A stretch of 64,000 nucleotides of DNA from Convolutriloba macropyga (lineage: Eukaryota): NCBI RefSeq assembly GCF_964194025.1, contig NC_134478.1, forward strand, positions 6,820,001-6,884,000, given 5' to 3'. Below are positions 37,553 to 51,749 of the stretch, one piece after another. Position 1 is the first letter of the stretch. Every line of letters begins with the position of its first letter. The translations under genes and the position numbers were made by a program. The notes below the pieces were generated by a model. It was not told the DNA's origin, did no database searches, and saw nothing but the letters and a program-made list of their open reading frames with translations.

Positions 37553-37920
37553 TAAACTCTCAAAAATTTCTTCGAAAAATCTCAGTGGCTATAAATTTGG
37601 TACAAATCGAACTTCAGAAGTCTTAGATCTATAATGACACAGAAAAGTAATGACATGCATTGTATACTGCTGTCGACATCAACAAAACATCACGATCATG
37701 ACATCAAGTCATGCTGCATTAAAACATGTTTATATTCTCAGACCATATTCACATTGATGTTGTTCTTATTGCATAAAGGCCACAGGTCTTGAAGGGTAAA
37801 TGGGCTGCTGTTCCTTAGTTGATAACGTACTCATTTGATGTAATCTGGAATTTTTATTTAATTCAATTTGACGTTGGACATAGATGTTAGCAAATTTATC
37901 ATTGAATATATTAAGGGTAC

Positions 37921-38116
37921 CTTCGTTCGCGTGATATGGTCATCGGCGCTCTTTTCAATAGAGTGAATATCCAACTTGAGTTTTCTGATAACTTCGTTCC
38001 TCTTAGTGACCTCTTGCTCCTTGTCAACTGTAGCTTCCTCCAACTCTCTCTTCAATTGTTTGATCACGGCCTCGTTCTTGTTGCATCTGTCACTCATTTC
38101 TGTCAGGTAGTCTTGT
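37921..38116 (-). CDS. IQCD: IQCD/DRC10 exon 2
   Basis: GAACAG acceptor; RQDYLTEMSDR..KRNEVIRKLKLDIHSIEK coiled coil; phases consistent with neighbouring exons. Confidence 0.85.
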
Positions 38117-38985
38117 CTGTTCACAAAAAAAGTATAATGTAAGATTATCACGCAACAATTTTGCTTTTAAAATTCAGTAATTGTAAAAACATAGCTGAGT
38201 TCAGTGTCTATGTTTCTTCACAGAACTAAAGAATCTACCTCCTCTTTAAATACACCCTCAGCTTAGTGGGCACAAAACTTTTACAACCCTTAGCTTGCGT
38301 GACATTTTTTCATAATTTTTACATAATTTTACATTTTACATAAATTTTAGTTTTTACAACTAATTAACTCACAATTCATATGGGGTAATAACAGGCACTT
38401 GGAGTAAAGACAGGGTAAAGACTTGGTAATAACAGGCACGTGTTTAATATCCTTACATGGTGCACATTTACAAGTTGTAATTCTCGTCACATTAAGATGA
38501 GATCCAATGAAAGAAAATTTAAGAAAAAATTTTCGAGACATTGCTTTCATAATTCCAGCACCTTAATTAGATAATTATGCCAGGAGGAGAGTTAGGCTGA
38601 ATCCTGATGAAAAGAAGGATTCAAAAGACGGCTTATTAGTTTAGCAACAATGCCAACTAGGAAGCGCTCGAATGTAGCTGCCAACGTGACATCTTTTTGT
38701 CAAGCTATAACACTATGGAAGCAGCTAAAACATGGCTGTCAGATTAAGAGTTAGATATCCTTAGCTGATCGAGCACAAGGGGATAAGTATAACTCAATTT
38801 GGCAAAAAGAAGTCATGTGGCTATAAAAAATTAAATCAAAACTAAGCCGGCAGATTGCCGGTAAATAGCCACTGTTGTCGACCACCCTTGACGTATGTTG
38901 ACAATAAAACTTTTGAAATATAAACTCTATTCAGTCGAAAGAGAGTGAAGTAAGACAGCAAAACCGTGACTGGTCGGAAACAAAA

Positions 38986-39834
38986 AACATAACCGACAAA
39001 CGTCGGGTGAATTGCTCTCAAAGGACCAGTGAGCTGCTGGCTTCGGTGAGGCGCCGATCACGGGGGGGGGGGGGGGGGGGGGGGTGGGCTGACTGAGGGG
39101 TGTCAAAAGATGATCTGCCCTACACACAATGAAATTGTCTCCTGAAAGCAGTTTTGGTGAATCTCATTCTTGAAGTATAGCAAAGTTTAGGGCTCTGAGA
39201 GAACTTAAGGCCCTCTGAGCGCTACCTGTTTATCCGGTTTTTGAGGACGAAAAGTTAAAAGGGGTCAAACGAAAAATCGTTCAACCAAAAAAAATTGCAT
39301 AAAAAGACCACACATAAACTATTATAATTGCTGAAAACTTCGTTTGAGAGCAATTAAACGTTAACAAAAACGAATTAACAAAGAGTTTCTAAATAATAGC
39401 ATTCTGAGTAGCTGACGGCGCCTACAAAAAACAAAAACCGACTCATGTCGGAGGAATTGCTCTCGAACGACCAGCGAGGCAATTTAATTCAGGGGCTGTA
39501 GCCTAGATAAAATTTTCTTTATGGGTGCAAAAAACGTTGACTACGCCGGGATTAGAACCATAGATCTCCCGATCCCTCATCAGAAGCACTGCCCACTCGT
39601 CTTTAGGGCCCTTCTTTCTGTTATACTGCAATCGATTTTTTTATTAGCAACAAGCTTTACTTCAGAGTAAGAACAATAGAGATCACTAAAAAATGAAGAA
39701 TGAAGGCATAGTGTCACTTGAGAAGTCATAGAAGGTTCTAGAAGGAAAGCGCAAAAACGGTCAAACGAAAAATTTTCATAAAAAAAGATCAATGCGTTTA
39801 CAATAATTGCCACAAATTTCGTTCGAGAACAATC
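38986..39834 (-). mobile_element. Two adjacent H2-family elements (38986-39356 and 39432-39834)
   Basis: Each bounded by a CCGAC..GTCGG hairpin + AATTGCTCTC and by AATTGC..TTCGTT(T/C)GAGA(G/A)CAAT. Confidence 0.65.
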
Positions 39835-40634
39835 AATAACAGAAATTCAATGACTTCTTCATATAATACAAAAAGAGATGAAAACGTTTGAAACGCGAGT
39901 AGCTGGTAGGCAGGTGGCAATAAGTTCAGAAAAAGCTTCGGATGACGTTCTAAGAGGTTATTACAGCCTCACATTATTATTATAGATTACTTAACTTAAA
40001 AAACGAACCAAATTCGCCGCACTTTTAAATGACTTTAGTTAACTTCCGTTCAACTTTGAAGTTCATTTGCCTTAAAAAGCCATGGACAGAAAAATCAAAA
40101 GGAATGCTAAAGACAGCCAAGCAAAAAAAATTCATCGAAAAGAAACATACGACTGCAATTATTGCTTCAAAAGCGATGGCCATTGTTTAAATTTGCAATG
40201 CTTGATACCTTCTGTTTCCGTTCAAGCTTATCAATTACTATCAATTGCAACGTATGTTCCTCGAAGGAGGAGGTATCATCAACAAGTAAAAGGTATGAAT
40301 AAGTTATACATGGACCACGAACTAAAATGTGATATCTATAATTGACATTAGAACAGGATTTCAAAATAGTCAAAATCATCGTCAGATTAAGTCTTGCATC
40401 ACCGAAACAATATGAAAACTCACTTGAATCAGAACAGAAATTATTTAGTTTAGCAGCACTTAGTTTGAAAGACCGGATAAATTTATTGGCTAGAGGTTCT
40501 GCAAGGATATTTCCCCAGAAATTGCAGACAAAATGAGGGTCAATTCGAGGCTCATGATAGTGCTCAGCATGTTCATTGCCTTCGGGAGCTGTTGACATCA
40601 TTCACCTTGCGAGCAATAGCATGAATTAACCTAC

Positions 40635-41188
40635 CTTTGCTTTTCCTCAAAAGGAGTTGAAAGCAATCTCTGCAGCAACAGAGATTTTCCTTCCTTCACC
40701 ATGGCAATGAAGGCTTTTGTCTCCTCGGGGGTGTTTCTCTCATACTCGCCTCGAACAACCTTCACAGCCGCCGGGTTAGCCGCAAACAACCTCAAAATAG
40801 TTTTGGTCGAGTGGTGCAAGTTGAGCTGCAACACATCCGAGTTACGTTGCAGTGCCTCGTCATTCCCCGATTCCTGGGTTCCATCTGTCAAGTTGTGCAT
40901 CAATTGCTCATGCAATTGTGCGTGTAACGCTAAGTGATCGCAAAGATCTTGTCCGAATGCGATCGCGAATCTGTCCAAGTTTTCCAGAATAAACGGGAAT
41001 AAAGAAACAAGTTCCATTCTTACGCACGTGTCTTCCATGACTGCCATGATTCTTTGTTGCTCTATTAGAGTCAACTTCTTTTTTGAAGTGTCCAACATTC
41101 GCTGGGTTTCGAGTTGAAACTGGGTTTTGCCACCATTTTGGTCCGCATTTGCAACTTTGGTTGCTCCTTTCGACGCCTTTGCTGCCAT
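40635..41188 (-). CDS. IQCD: IQCD/DRC10 exon 1
   Basis: KKKLTLIEQQRIMAVMED, STKTILRLF, LLQRLLSTPFEEKQR match the DRC10 N-terminus; ATG 5 nt after TTTCAG; GTAGGT donor. Confidence 0.88.
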
Positions 41189-42122
41189 TTCAACTGAAAA
41201 CCACCAAAGACTTCGAAATAGGCAAAACTTAAGGATTGAAAACAAGATACTTCGATTTGAGGGCAAGTTACTTTACCCATTAGTCATTTTGAGAAACGCT
41301 TCTAAGTAGATTTGTTCTGATAGTTTTTTTTAAAAAAGACCAACCTGTGGTAGACATTTTGAAAATTGCAAAACAGGAGTTTCAAGGAACGTTTTTGCTC
41401 TGTATGTGTGTTCCAAATTCTGGCTAACATGTCAAACGGATACCATTCCAGGTGCTAGATCAAAGCAGGATTTTCTCAGTGACTCCGTCAGAGTCACGTA
41501 ACCTATACATGCAGAAACGCTACTTCAATCTACACTAACTTCGAAACAAAAAACGCTTAATTTGCAGCAATTAACTCAACAATATAATTATATTTGGCGA
41601 CAGAAATTAAACTAATTAAATTTTCAAAATCAAGTTCATAAAATACAATTGATCAATAAAGTTGGCAATACAAAAATAACACTCTCGATTATAAATAGCC
41701 TAAAGCACATTACTGGAGCACAATATATTGATTGATTGTTACTAAGAAAACTCAAATCAGTGTCCAAATATATTTTCTCAAAATTAATTAATTACCCACT
41801 AAACTTCATTGCTTTTCATGGCCAAAAACTCCAAATATATTATTTTTGTTATGGTTCACAAAACTGTTTCCTTTTCACTTGTGAAATATGACAAAAAATT
41901 GACAGACTTTTAGTCCTCTATTAGGGCTTATAGCTTAGCAGCTGATACCATATCTCATTATTCAGTCCAAATATAATCAATGCAAAACCGCGTATTAATC
42001 TGTTCATGCAATCTTCTGAAAAACGAATTTTGTTCAAGTTGTGAAAACGAAACAGATCCCAATTCTGACCTAAAATTTACGAATGAAGTTGGAAATCATT
42101 TGATTTGACACAGCATGGATTA

Positions 42123-42764
42123 CTATCGTGGCGAAGGTGCTTGTGGAAATGAAGTGAAAACATCCCTAGGCGACAAAATATTCTCAGAGAAATCCCTAGT
42201 CCATGTAATATTTCCTTCATTGTCATTGGCCACAAATTTATTATACTCTCCCGAAAGTGAAATAGCCACTACCGATTTATCATCCAGGGTACTGAATGCA
42301 CTCAGCACTGGTAAACCTCCGGATTTAAGCTCAATTCGTCCACAGCTGGTTCTGGCTTGTCCGAGGCGCTTCGAAATGCTTCCAGTCCTCCCGTGACGTC
42401 CACTGGAACTTGAGGGCGTCGAGTTCTTCAAATTGAAAACATGCAGGGTTCCACGATCGCTGGACACGCAAACTAAATTTCCGGGTTGGTTGAAATTGAT
42501 CGAGTAAATCAAAGCGGGCTGTGTGCCTCGTCTAAACTCTTCAACCTGTGCTTTATAATGAGTGTTGAAAATGCGAATTAATGTACCCTTTTCAGATGCT
42601 GTAGCAACTAAGTCGCCTTTTTTGCTGAGCGAAATACAAAAAAGGTTGCCTTCATGAGCTGAGATATATTCGGCGGGCATTCCGCTGCCCAAAGAAGCAA
42701 CTGCGAGTTGTCCTATTTTGGGTCCAGGATAGACCATGATTGGGTTCGCTTCCATCGCGCACAC
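42123..42764 (-). CDS. WDR45B: WD-repeat phosphoinositide-interacting protein (WIPI3-like), exon 3
   Basis: ISAHEG..ATASEKGTLIRIF..EEFRRG..IYSINFN..VSSDRGTLHVF; ATTTAG acceptor. Confidence 0.85.
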   Translation of the reverse strand: MCAMEANPIMVYPGPKIGQLAVASLGSGMPAEYISAHEGNLFCISLSKKGDLVATASEKGTLIRIFNTHYKAQVEEFRRGTQPALIYSINFNQPGNLVCVSSDRGTLHVFNLKNSTPSSSSGRHGRTGSISKRLGQARTSCGRIELKSGGLPVLSAFSTLDDKSVVAISLSGEYNKFVANDNEGNITWTRDFSENILSPRDVFTSFPQAPSPR

Positions 42765-43551
42765 CTAAATGGGTTATCAACAAGCTACACAGACAGTAAA
42801 AGCAACCTCAGTTTGTAACCTTCCTGTTAATAATTATGATATTTAGAACATTTATATTTATGTTGGAACGCGCCAGAATGGACCTCTCACTAGCAAATCA
42901 AACGTACTGTGATTTCATCAATTTGCTCAAAAACGGACACAAAAAAAAACATTTATTTCCAGAATATCTTTTTAAAAAAATTAGACTGCTTACATCGAAT
43001 ACGTAACAGGCCCGAGATTCCGAAGCAGAAAAGCATAAAACCGACCCCGCATGTACAATCAGACACATCTGAAATGTCTCAAACATAACCGAATAACGTC
43101 GGAAGAATTGCTCTCGAACGACTAGTGCGAAATCGCATCTATTGCCGCCTGCTTCAGGTGGGAGGGAGGGAGGGAGGGAGGAGTAACAGAAATCACTAAG
43201 GGGGGCTTCAAATGGCGTCATTAGAGGTTATTATATACCACTATAACCACTAATTTCGGCGCACTTTTCATTTGACTTTTAGTGGGGAACTGCCGCCACT
43301 TGAGCTCAGTTGCTGACACTTGTAAATGAGCGCGAAACTTAAATCGCGCAAAACGAAAATGTGAAGGACGTAAAAGTCACTCGAAAAGTCAAAACGGTCG
43401 AGCAAAAATATTACATAACAGCCCGAAGAATTCCTGAACCGACTCAAAGCGTCAGAATTACACGACAAGCCGTATTTTAGCCAAAACCAAAACGTTTTGA
43501 CTTAAAAGAGTAACTTCTTACCCTAACAATTTACCCTAACAATTTGATCCC

Positions 43552-46500
43552 TAACGATGCTGAGAAAAATTCTCTTGTTGAAAAGGATCACACAAAAAGA
43601 GTAATATATATTGCAAAAACAAAAATTAATAATGAACAAGACAAAGAAAACGGAATAAAAACAAAAGCAAAAATTAGTTTAATAGTAAAACAGAGGCCCG
43701 CGGAGTTCTTGCAAAAAATATTAGTCAGTCAAAACTTTTAAACGGTATTCTATCAAAACTACAGTGCTGCAGTATGTAAAATAAAAATTGCAAACAAAAT
43801 TTTTTTTTAACAAACTATCGACAAAACAGGCTAAAATTATTAAATGTTTCAAAGAATTGATGAAGCAAGAGCAAAGAAAACTCAAAAAAATAGTCCTCAG
43901 GAGAATGGCAGAGTGACAAATGCTGGAACTTGGAGAATATGGACAAATTGTAAAAAATAAAGCTTTTCCCTTTTTGAAAATTTCAAAACCAAAACAAAAA
44001 ACATTACGTAGAAAAACAAACATGCTTCATTATTTAGCATCCGATGCTGACAAAAAATCTCTTGTTGAAAAGCCTTACACGAAATGAGTAATAAATATTG
44101 CAAAAACAAAAATTAATAATGAACAAGACAAAGAAAACGGAATAAAACAAAAGCAAAAATTAGTTTAATAATAAAACCGAGGCCCGCAGAGTTTTTGCAA
44201 AAAGTAATAGTCGGTCAAAACTTTTAAACGGCATCCTAGCAACATTTCAGTGCTGCAATTAAATGAAAATTGCAAACAAAAAATTTTCAAAACAAACCAT
44301 ATACGAAACAGGCTAAAATCATAAATTTTTTCAAAGAATTGATGAAGCCAGAGCAAAGAACACTAAGAGCAAGAGTCCTCAGGAGAATTGCAGAGTGACA
44401 AATGCTGGAACGTGGAGAACATTGACAAATTGTAAGAAACAAAAGAAAACTTTTCTATTTTTAAAAATTTCAAGACCAAAACAAAAAACATTACGTAGAA
44501 AAAGAAACATGTTTCATTATTTAGCATCCGACGCTGAGAAAAATTCTCTTGTTGAAAAGCCTTACACGAAATGAGTAAAAAATATTGCAAAAACAAAAAT
44601 TAATAATGAACAAGACAAAGAAAACGGAATAAAACAAAAGCAAAAAATAGTTTAATAATAAAACCGAGGCCCGCAGAGTTTTTGCAAAAAGTAATAGTCG
44701 GTCAAAACTTTTAAACGGTATCCTAGCAAAATTTCAGTGCTGCAATTAAATGAAAATTGCAAAGAAATTTTTAAAACAAGCCATCTACGAAACAGGCTAA
44801 AATCATTAATTTTTTCAAAGAATTGATGAAGCCAGAGCAAAGAACACTAAGAGCAAGAGTCCTCAGGAGAATGGCAGATTGACAAATGCTGGAACGTGCA
44901 GAACATTGACAAATTGTAAGAAACAAAAGAAAACTTTTCTATTTTTGAAAATTTCAAGACCAAAATAAAAAACATTACGTAGAAAAACAAACATGTTTCA
45001 TTATTAAGCATCCGATGCTGAGAAAATTTCTCTTGTTGAAAAGACTTACACAAAATGAGTAATAAATATTGCAAAAACAAAAATTAATAATGAACAAGAC
45101 AAAGAAAACGGAATAAAACAAAAGCAAAAATTAGTTTAATAATAAAACTGAGGCCCGCAGAGTTTTTGCAAAAAGTAATAGTCGGTAAAAACTTTTAAAC
45201 GGTATCCTAGCAAAATTTCAGTGCAGCAATTAAATTAAAATTGCAAACAACAATTTTTTTAAAACAAACCATCTACGAAACAGGCAAAAATCATCAATTT
45301 TCTCAAAAAATTGATGAAGCCAGAGCAAAGAACACTAAAAGCAAGAGTCCTCAGGAGAATGGCAGAAGGAAAAATACTGGAACGTGGAGGATATGGACAA
45401 ATAATAAAAAACAAAATAAAACTTTTCTATTTTTGAAAATTTCAAAAGCAAAATAACGAACATTACGCAGAAAAACAAACATGTTTCATTATTTAGCATC
45501 CGATGCTGAGAAAAATTCTCTTGTTGAAAAAACTCACACAAAATGAGTAATATATATTGCAAAAACAAACATTAATAATGAACAAGACAAAGAAAACGGA
45601 ATAAAAACAAAAGCAAAAATTAGTTTAATAGTAAAACTAAGGCCCGCAGAGTTCTTGCGAAAAATATTAGTCAGTGAAAACTTTTAAACGGTATCCTAGC
45701 AAACTTTCAGTGCTGCAATTAAATGAAAATTGCAAACAAATTTTTAAAACAAACCATCTACGAAACAGGCTAAAATCATTAATTTTTTCAAAGAATTGAT
45801 GAAGCCAGAGCAAAGAACACCTAGAGCAAGAGTCCTCAGGAGAATGGCAGAGTGACAAATGCTGGAACGTGGAGAATATTGACAAATTGTAAGAAACAAA
45901 AGAAAACTTTTCTATTTTTGAAAATTTCAAGACCAAAATAAAAACCATTACGTAGAAAAACAAGCATGTTTCATTATTTAGCATCCGATGCTGAGAAAAA
46001 TTCTCTTGTTGAAAAGAATCACACAAAATGAGTAATAAATATTGCAAAAACAAAAATTAATAATGAACAAGACAAAGAAAACGGAATAAAAACAAAAGCA
46101 AAAATTAGTTTAATAGTAAAACTAAGGCCCGCAGAGTTCTTGCGAAAAATATTAGTCAGTGAAAACTTTTAAACGGTATCCTAGCAAACTTTCAGTGCTG
46201 CAATTAAATGAAAATTGCAAACAAATTTTTAAAACAAACCATCTACGAAACAGGCTAAAATCATTAATTTTTTCAAAGAATTGATGAAGCCAGAGCAAAG
46301 AACACCTAGAGCAAGAGTCCTCAGGAGAATGGCAGAGTGACAAATGCTGGAACGTGGAGAATATTGACAAATTGTAAGAAACAAAAGAAAACTTTTCTAT
46401 TTTTGAAAATTTCAAGACCAAAATAAAAACCATTACGTAGAAAAACAAGCATGTTTCATTATTTAGCATCCGATGCTGAGAAAAATTCTCTTGTTGAAAA

Positions 46501-47400
46501 GAATCACACAAAATGAGTAATAAATATTGCAAAAACAAAAATTAATAATGAACAAGACAAAGAAAACGGAATAAAAACAAAAGCAAAAATTAGTTTGATA
46601 GTAAAACTGAGGCCCGCAGAGTTCTTGCAAAAAATATTAGTGAAAACTTTTAAACGGTAACCTAGCAAAATTTCAGTGATGCAATTAAATGAAAATTGCA
46701 AACAAAATTTTAAAACAGACACTCTACGAAACAGGCTAAAATCATTAATTTTTTCAAAGAATTGATGAAGCCCAAATAAGACCAAAATTAGATATAATTC
46801 TTTGTCGAAAAGACTTACACAAAATGAGGAATTAATATTACAAAAAGAAAAATTAATAAGAAAAAGACAAAGAAAACAGTATAAAACAAAAGCAAAAACA
46901 AGTTTAACAATAAAACTGAGGCCCGAAGAGTTTTTGCAGAAAAGAATAGTAAGTCAAGACCAAAATAACAAACATTACGCAGAAAAACAAACATGTTTCA
47001 TTATTTAGCATCCGATGCTGAGAAAAATTCTCTTGTTGAAAAGAATCACACAAAAAGAGTAATATATATTGCAAAAACAAAAATTATTAATGAACAGGAC
47101 AAAGAAAACGGAATAAAAAAAATCAAAAATTAGTTAAATAATAAAACTGAGGCCCGCAGAGTTCTTGCAAAAAACAATAGTCAGTCAAAACTTTTAAACG
47201 GTATCCTAGCAAAATTTCAGTGCTGCAATTAAATGAAGTTCGCAAACAAAAAACTTTTAAAACAAACCATCTACGAAACAGGCTAAAATCATTAATTTTT
47301 TCAAAGAATTGATGAAGCCAGAGCAAAGAACACTAAAAGCAAGAGTCCTCAGGAGAATGGCAGAGCTACAAATGCTGCAATCTGGTTAATATGGACAAAT
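43552..47400. repeat. Tandem array, ~485-bp unit, ~8 copies
   Basis: CGATGCTGAGAAAAATTCTCTTGTTGAAAAG recurs at ~43555, 44042, 44528, 45012, 45501, 45986, 46471, 47013; identical ORFs at 45667 and 46152 are offset by 485. Confidence 0.95.
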
Positions 47401-50400
47401 TGTACGAAACAAAAAACTCATAACACATACTAGTAAACAAATAAGGCAACCGAAAATACTTCAAAGATTTGAAACATTAAAATAATCTGCAAAAAAAATT
47501 TAAAATATTGTTAAAAAGAAAACATTTGCAGTGTATTCAAAAGGCTCAACACTAATTTTTTCGGTTATTAAAAAACAATATCAAGACATCTGAAGGAGTG
47601 AAGACTTTTTAGTGAGTAAAATCAAAACAAAACAAATAACAGAGAAATTGAACAAAGTGTCAAAATCGGATTAGCAGTTGTAAAATGTTATAAAAACAAA
47701 AAAAATTCGCGTTAGAAATAGGCTTTCAAGGCATAAAACATCAAAATAAAGTGGCAAGATTCACTGAATTTTGAGGACAAGACCTCTTAATGATCCAAAA
47801 ATGATGATATCCAATCCATGAAAATGAAAAAAAAACTAAAAACTCGAGAGATCTGTGCCCATTTTATACTTGAAAAGCAAGTGAAAAATGGGCTCCCAAA
47901 AGCGTTATCTATACGCTCAACAAAACCTTTCTCGCAGAGCAAAAATCTGTTCACCACAATAACTTTTCCGATTTTCGCTTTCAGGTAAAAATGAAATGCA
48001 CAAATTCCCGTAAAAACAAAACATAGCCGGAAGATTTCCGCAAGCGACTCGAAGCATCGGACATTCACCCAACTCTTACCTAGTTGCAACCGAAACCATT
48101 ACCTTATTTCTTGAATGAGCACAACTATATCTGATCAGATTTGATTAAAAAAGTTTTAAAAATTACACAGCTGTCATATTGAGAAGGACTTGAACGTTGG
48201 CATCATGGGAACAGATTAAGATGAAAACAATTACCTCATTCAGTAACAATACAAAAATGCCGCATATAATTAAAGCAAGATATAATTTTGACTTAAAAAC
48301 ACTGAAATTTTGATACACCAGAATTTGGCACTAATAGCATTTCGTAACGCTGAAAAATGACCAAAATTCTTAGAATCATCAAATACTGAAAACGTCAACA
48401 CCTAACGTGGCTACAAATTTTCATTAAATAACTCATTATACTAGTCTTAACAACTAGAACTCTACCATCAACTCTGGGACTCAAACGAGTCATCGTGAAA
48501 GTATGAGGTGCTGCAATGTATTAAAAAAAATTGCAAACAAAAAAATGTTAAAACGAACCAAAGCAAACTTTCAGTGCTGCAATGTATTAAATGAAAATTG
48601 CAAATTTTTAAAACAAACCATCTACGAAACAGGCTAAAATCATTAATTCTTTCAAAGAATTGATGAAGCCAGAGCAAAGAACACTAAGAGCAAGAGTCCT
48701 CAGCAGAATGGCAGAGTGACAAATGATGGAATCTGGAAAATATCGACAAATTGTACGAAACAAAACACTCAATTTTTTAAAAATTAAAATAAAAAAAACA
48801 TGAAATAGGAAAAATATGTTTCATTATTTAGCATCCAGTGCTGAGAAAAAACACAATGCTATACTAGTAAACAAATAAAAACAACCGAAAACACCTCAAA
48901 GATTTGAAACATTAAAATAATCTGCAAAAAAATCTTAAATATATTGTTAAAAAGAAAAAATTTGCAGTGTATTCAAAAGGCTCAACACTATTTTTTTGGT
49001 TATAAAAAAACAAAATCAAGACACCTGAAGGTGTGAAGACTCTTAAGTAAGTAAAACCAAAGCAAAACAATTAACAGAGAAATTGAACAAACAGTGTCAA
49101 AATCGGATTAGCAGTTGTAAAATGTTATAAAAACAAAAAAATTCGCGTTAGAAATAGGATTTCAATGCATGAAACATCAGAATAAAGTGGCCAGATTCAC
49201 TGAATTTTGGAGACAAGACCTCTTAATGATCCAGAAAAAATGATATCCATAGAAACGAAAAGAAAACTAAAAATTCGAGAGATCTGGGCCCATTTTATAC
49301 CTGAAAAGCCAGTGAAAAAAGGGCTCCCAAAAACGTTATCTATACGCCCCACAAAACCTTTCTCGCAGAGCAAAAATCTGTTCACCACAATAACTTTTCT
49401 AATTTTCGCTTTCAGGTAAAAATGACATGAACAAATTCCCGTAAAAACAAAACATAGCCGGAAGATTTCCGCAAGCGACTCGAAGCATCGGACATTCACC
49501 AAAACCTTACCTAGTTGCAGCCGAAACCATTACCTTATTTCTTGAAAGAGCACAACTATATCTGATCAGATTTGATCAAAAAAGTATTAAAAATTACACA
49601 GCTGTCATATTAAGGACTTGAACGTTGGCATCATGGGAACAGATTAAGATGAAAACAATTACCTCATTCAGTAACAATACAAAAATGCCGCATATAATTA
49701 AAACAAGATATAATTTTGACTTAAAAACCCTGAAATTTTGATACACCAGAATTTGGCATTAATAGCATTTCGTAACGCTGAAAAATGACCAAAATTCTTA
49801 GAATCATCAAATACTGAAAACGTCAACACCTAACGTGGCTACAAATTTTCATTAAATAACTCATTATACTAGTCTTAACAACTAGAACTCCACCATCAAC
49901 TCTCGGACTCAAACGAGTCATCGGGAACGTATGAAGTGCTGCAATGTATTAAAAGAAAATTGCAAACAAAAAATGTTAAAACGAACCAACGCAAACTTTC
50001 AGTGCTGCAATGTATTAAATGAAAATTGCAAAAAAATTCAAAACAAACCATCTACGAAACAGGCTAAAATCATTAATTTTTTCAGAGAGTTGATGAAGCC
50101 AGAGCACAGAACACCAAGAGCAAGAGTCCTCAGCAGAATGACAGAGTGACAAATACTGGAATCTGGGTAATATCGACAAATTGTACTAAACAAAACACTC
50201 AATTTTTTAAAAATTAAAATAAAAAAAACATGAAATAGGAAAAATATGTTTCATTATTTAGCATCCAGTGCTGAGAAAAAACACAATGCTATACTAGTAA
50301 ACAAATAAAAACAACCGAAAACACCTCAAAGATTTGAAACATTAAAATAATCTGCAAAAAAATCTTAAATATATTGTTAAAAAGAAAAAATTTGCAGTGT

Positions 50401-51130
50401 ATTCAAAAGGCTCAACACTATTTTTTTGGTTATAAAAAAACAAAATCAAGACACCTGAAGGTGTGAAGACTCTTAAGTAAGTAAAACCAAAGCAAAACAA
50501 TTAACAGAGAAATTGAACAAACAGTGTCAAAATCGGATTAGCAGTTGTAAAATGTTATAAAAACAAAAAAATTCGCGTTAGAAATAGGCTTTCAATGCAT
50601 GAAACATCAGAATAAAAGGGCCAGATTCATTGAATTTTGGAGACAAGACCTCTTAATGATCCAAAAATGATGATATCCATAAAAATGAAAAGAAAACTAA
50701 AAACTCGAGAGCTCTGGGGACCACTTTATACTTGAAAAGCAAGTGAAAAATGGGCTCCCAAAAACGTTAACGCCCCACAAAACCTTTCTCGCAGAGCAAA
50801 AATCTGTTCACCACAATAACTTTACTAATTTTCGCTTTCAGGTAAAAATGACATGAACAAATTCCCGTAAAAACAGTAACAATACAAAATGCCGCATATA
50901 ATTAAAACAAGATATAATTTTGACTTAAACACACTGAAATTCTGATACACAAAAATTTGGCATTAATAGCATTTGGTAACGCTGAAAAATGGCCAAAATT
51001 CTTAGAATCATCAAATACTAAAAGGGTCAACACCTAACACGGCTACATATTTTCATTTATACTAGTCTTAACAACTAGAATTCCACCATCAACTCTGGGA
51101 CCCAAACGAGTCATCGTGAAAGTATGAGGT
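47400..51130. repeat. Tandem array, ~1.4-kb unit, ~2.6 copies, with an H1-like end and part of the 485-bp unit
   Basis: ATACTAGTAAACAAATAA recurs at ~47427, 48861, 50291; CATAGCCGGAAGATTTCCG at ~48022 and 49453 (deleted in the third unit). Confidence 0.9.
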
Positions 51131-51749
51131 AGATAATTCTTAGTAAGCAAATTTTTCAAAAAAGAATACTAAAAATTGAGTATAAACAAAACACAATTTT
51201 TTTTCGTAGATTCATAGTAAATGAGAAAAAAAATAAGATACAATGCTCTCTTGTTGCAGATATCATAGAAAAATGGGTTCAAATTCTTGCAGAAATAATT
51301 TAATCGTGAAAAAGACAGAGAATCAGAACAATAATCGAAGGCAAACAAATCGTTCAAATTCAAAAGCGAGGCAGAAAAACAATTCGCAGCTGATAATCAG
51401 TCAAAACTTACAAACACATTTAAAGCAAATACTCAGTGCTGCATTATATTTAACGAAACCAATTGCAAACCAAAAATGAAAATCTAAGAAAAACTGCTAA
51501 AATCATTAGCTCTTTTAAAGGAATGAGAAAAGCAGATTGAATAAAACTGCAGGTTTTAGGAGAAAGCTAGAATGATACATGCCAGAAAGTGCAGAACAAG
51601 GACACAAACAGAAACAAAAAGACAAACTCTTAGTTTCTGAAATTAATAATGGAAATGAAAATAATGAAGTATAAAACAAACACATTTTTTTTATTTAGCA
51701 TTCGAGGCTTACAAAATTTAAGAGCCATCTTCCTCTAGAGATGAAAAAC

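Noticed and set aside
43552-47400. CRISPR-like array
   Set aside because: Eukaryotic intron, whole units are repeated, no unique spacers and no cas genes.
43544-51479. Many F/L/K-rich ORFs in the arrays
   Set aside because: By-products of A-rich tandem units; frames are broken between copies.
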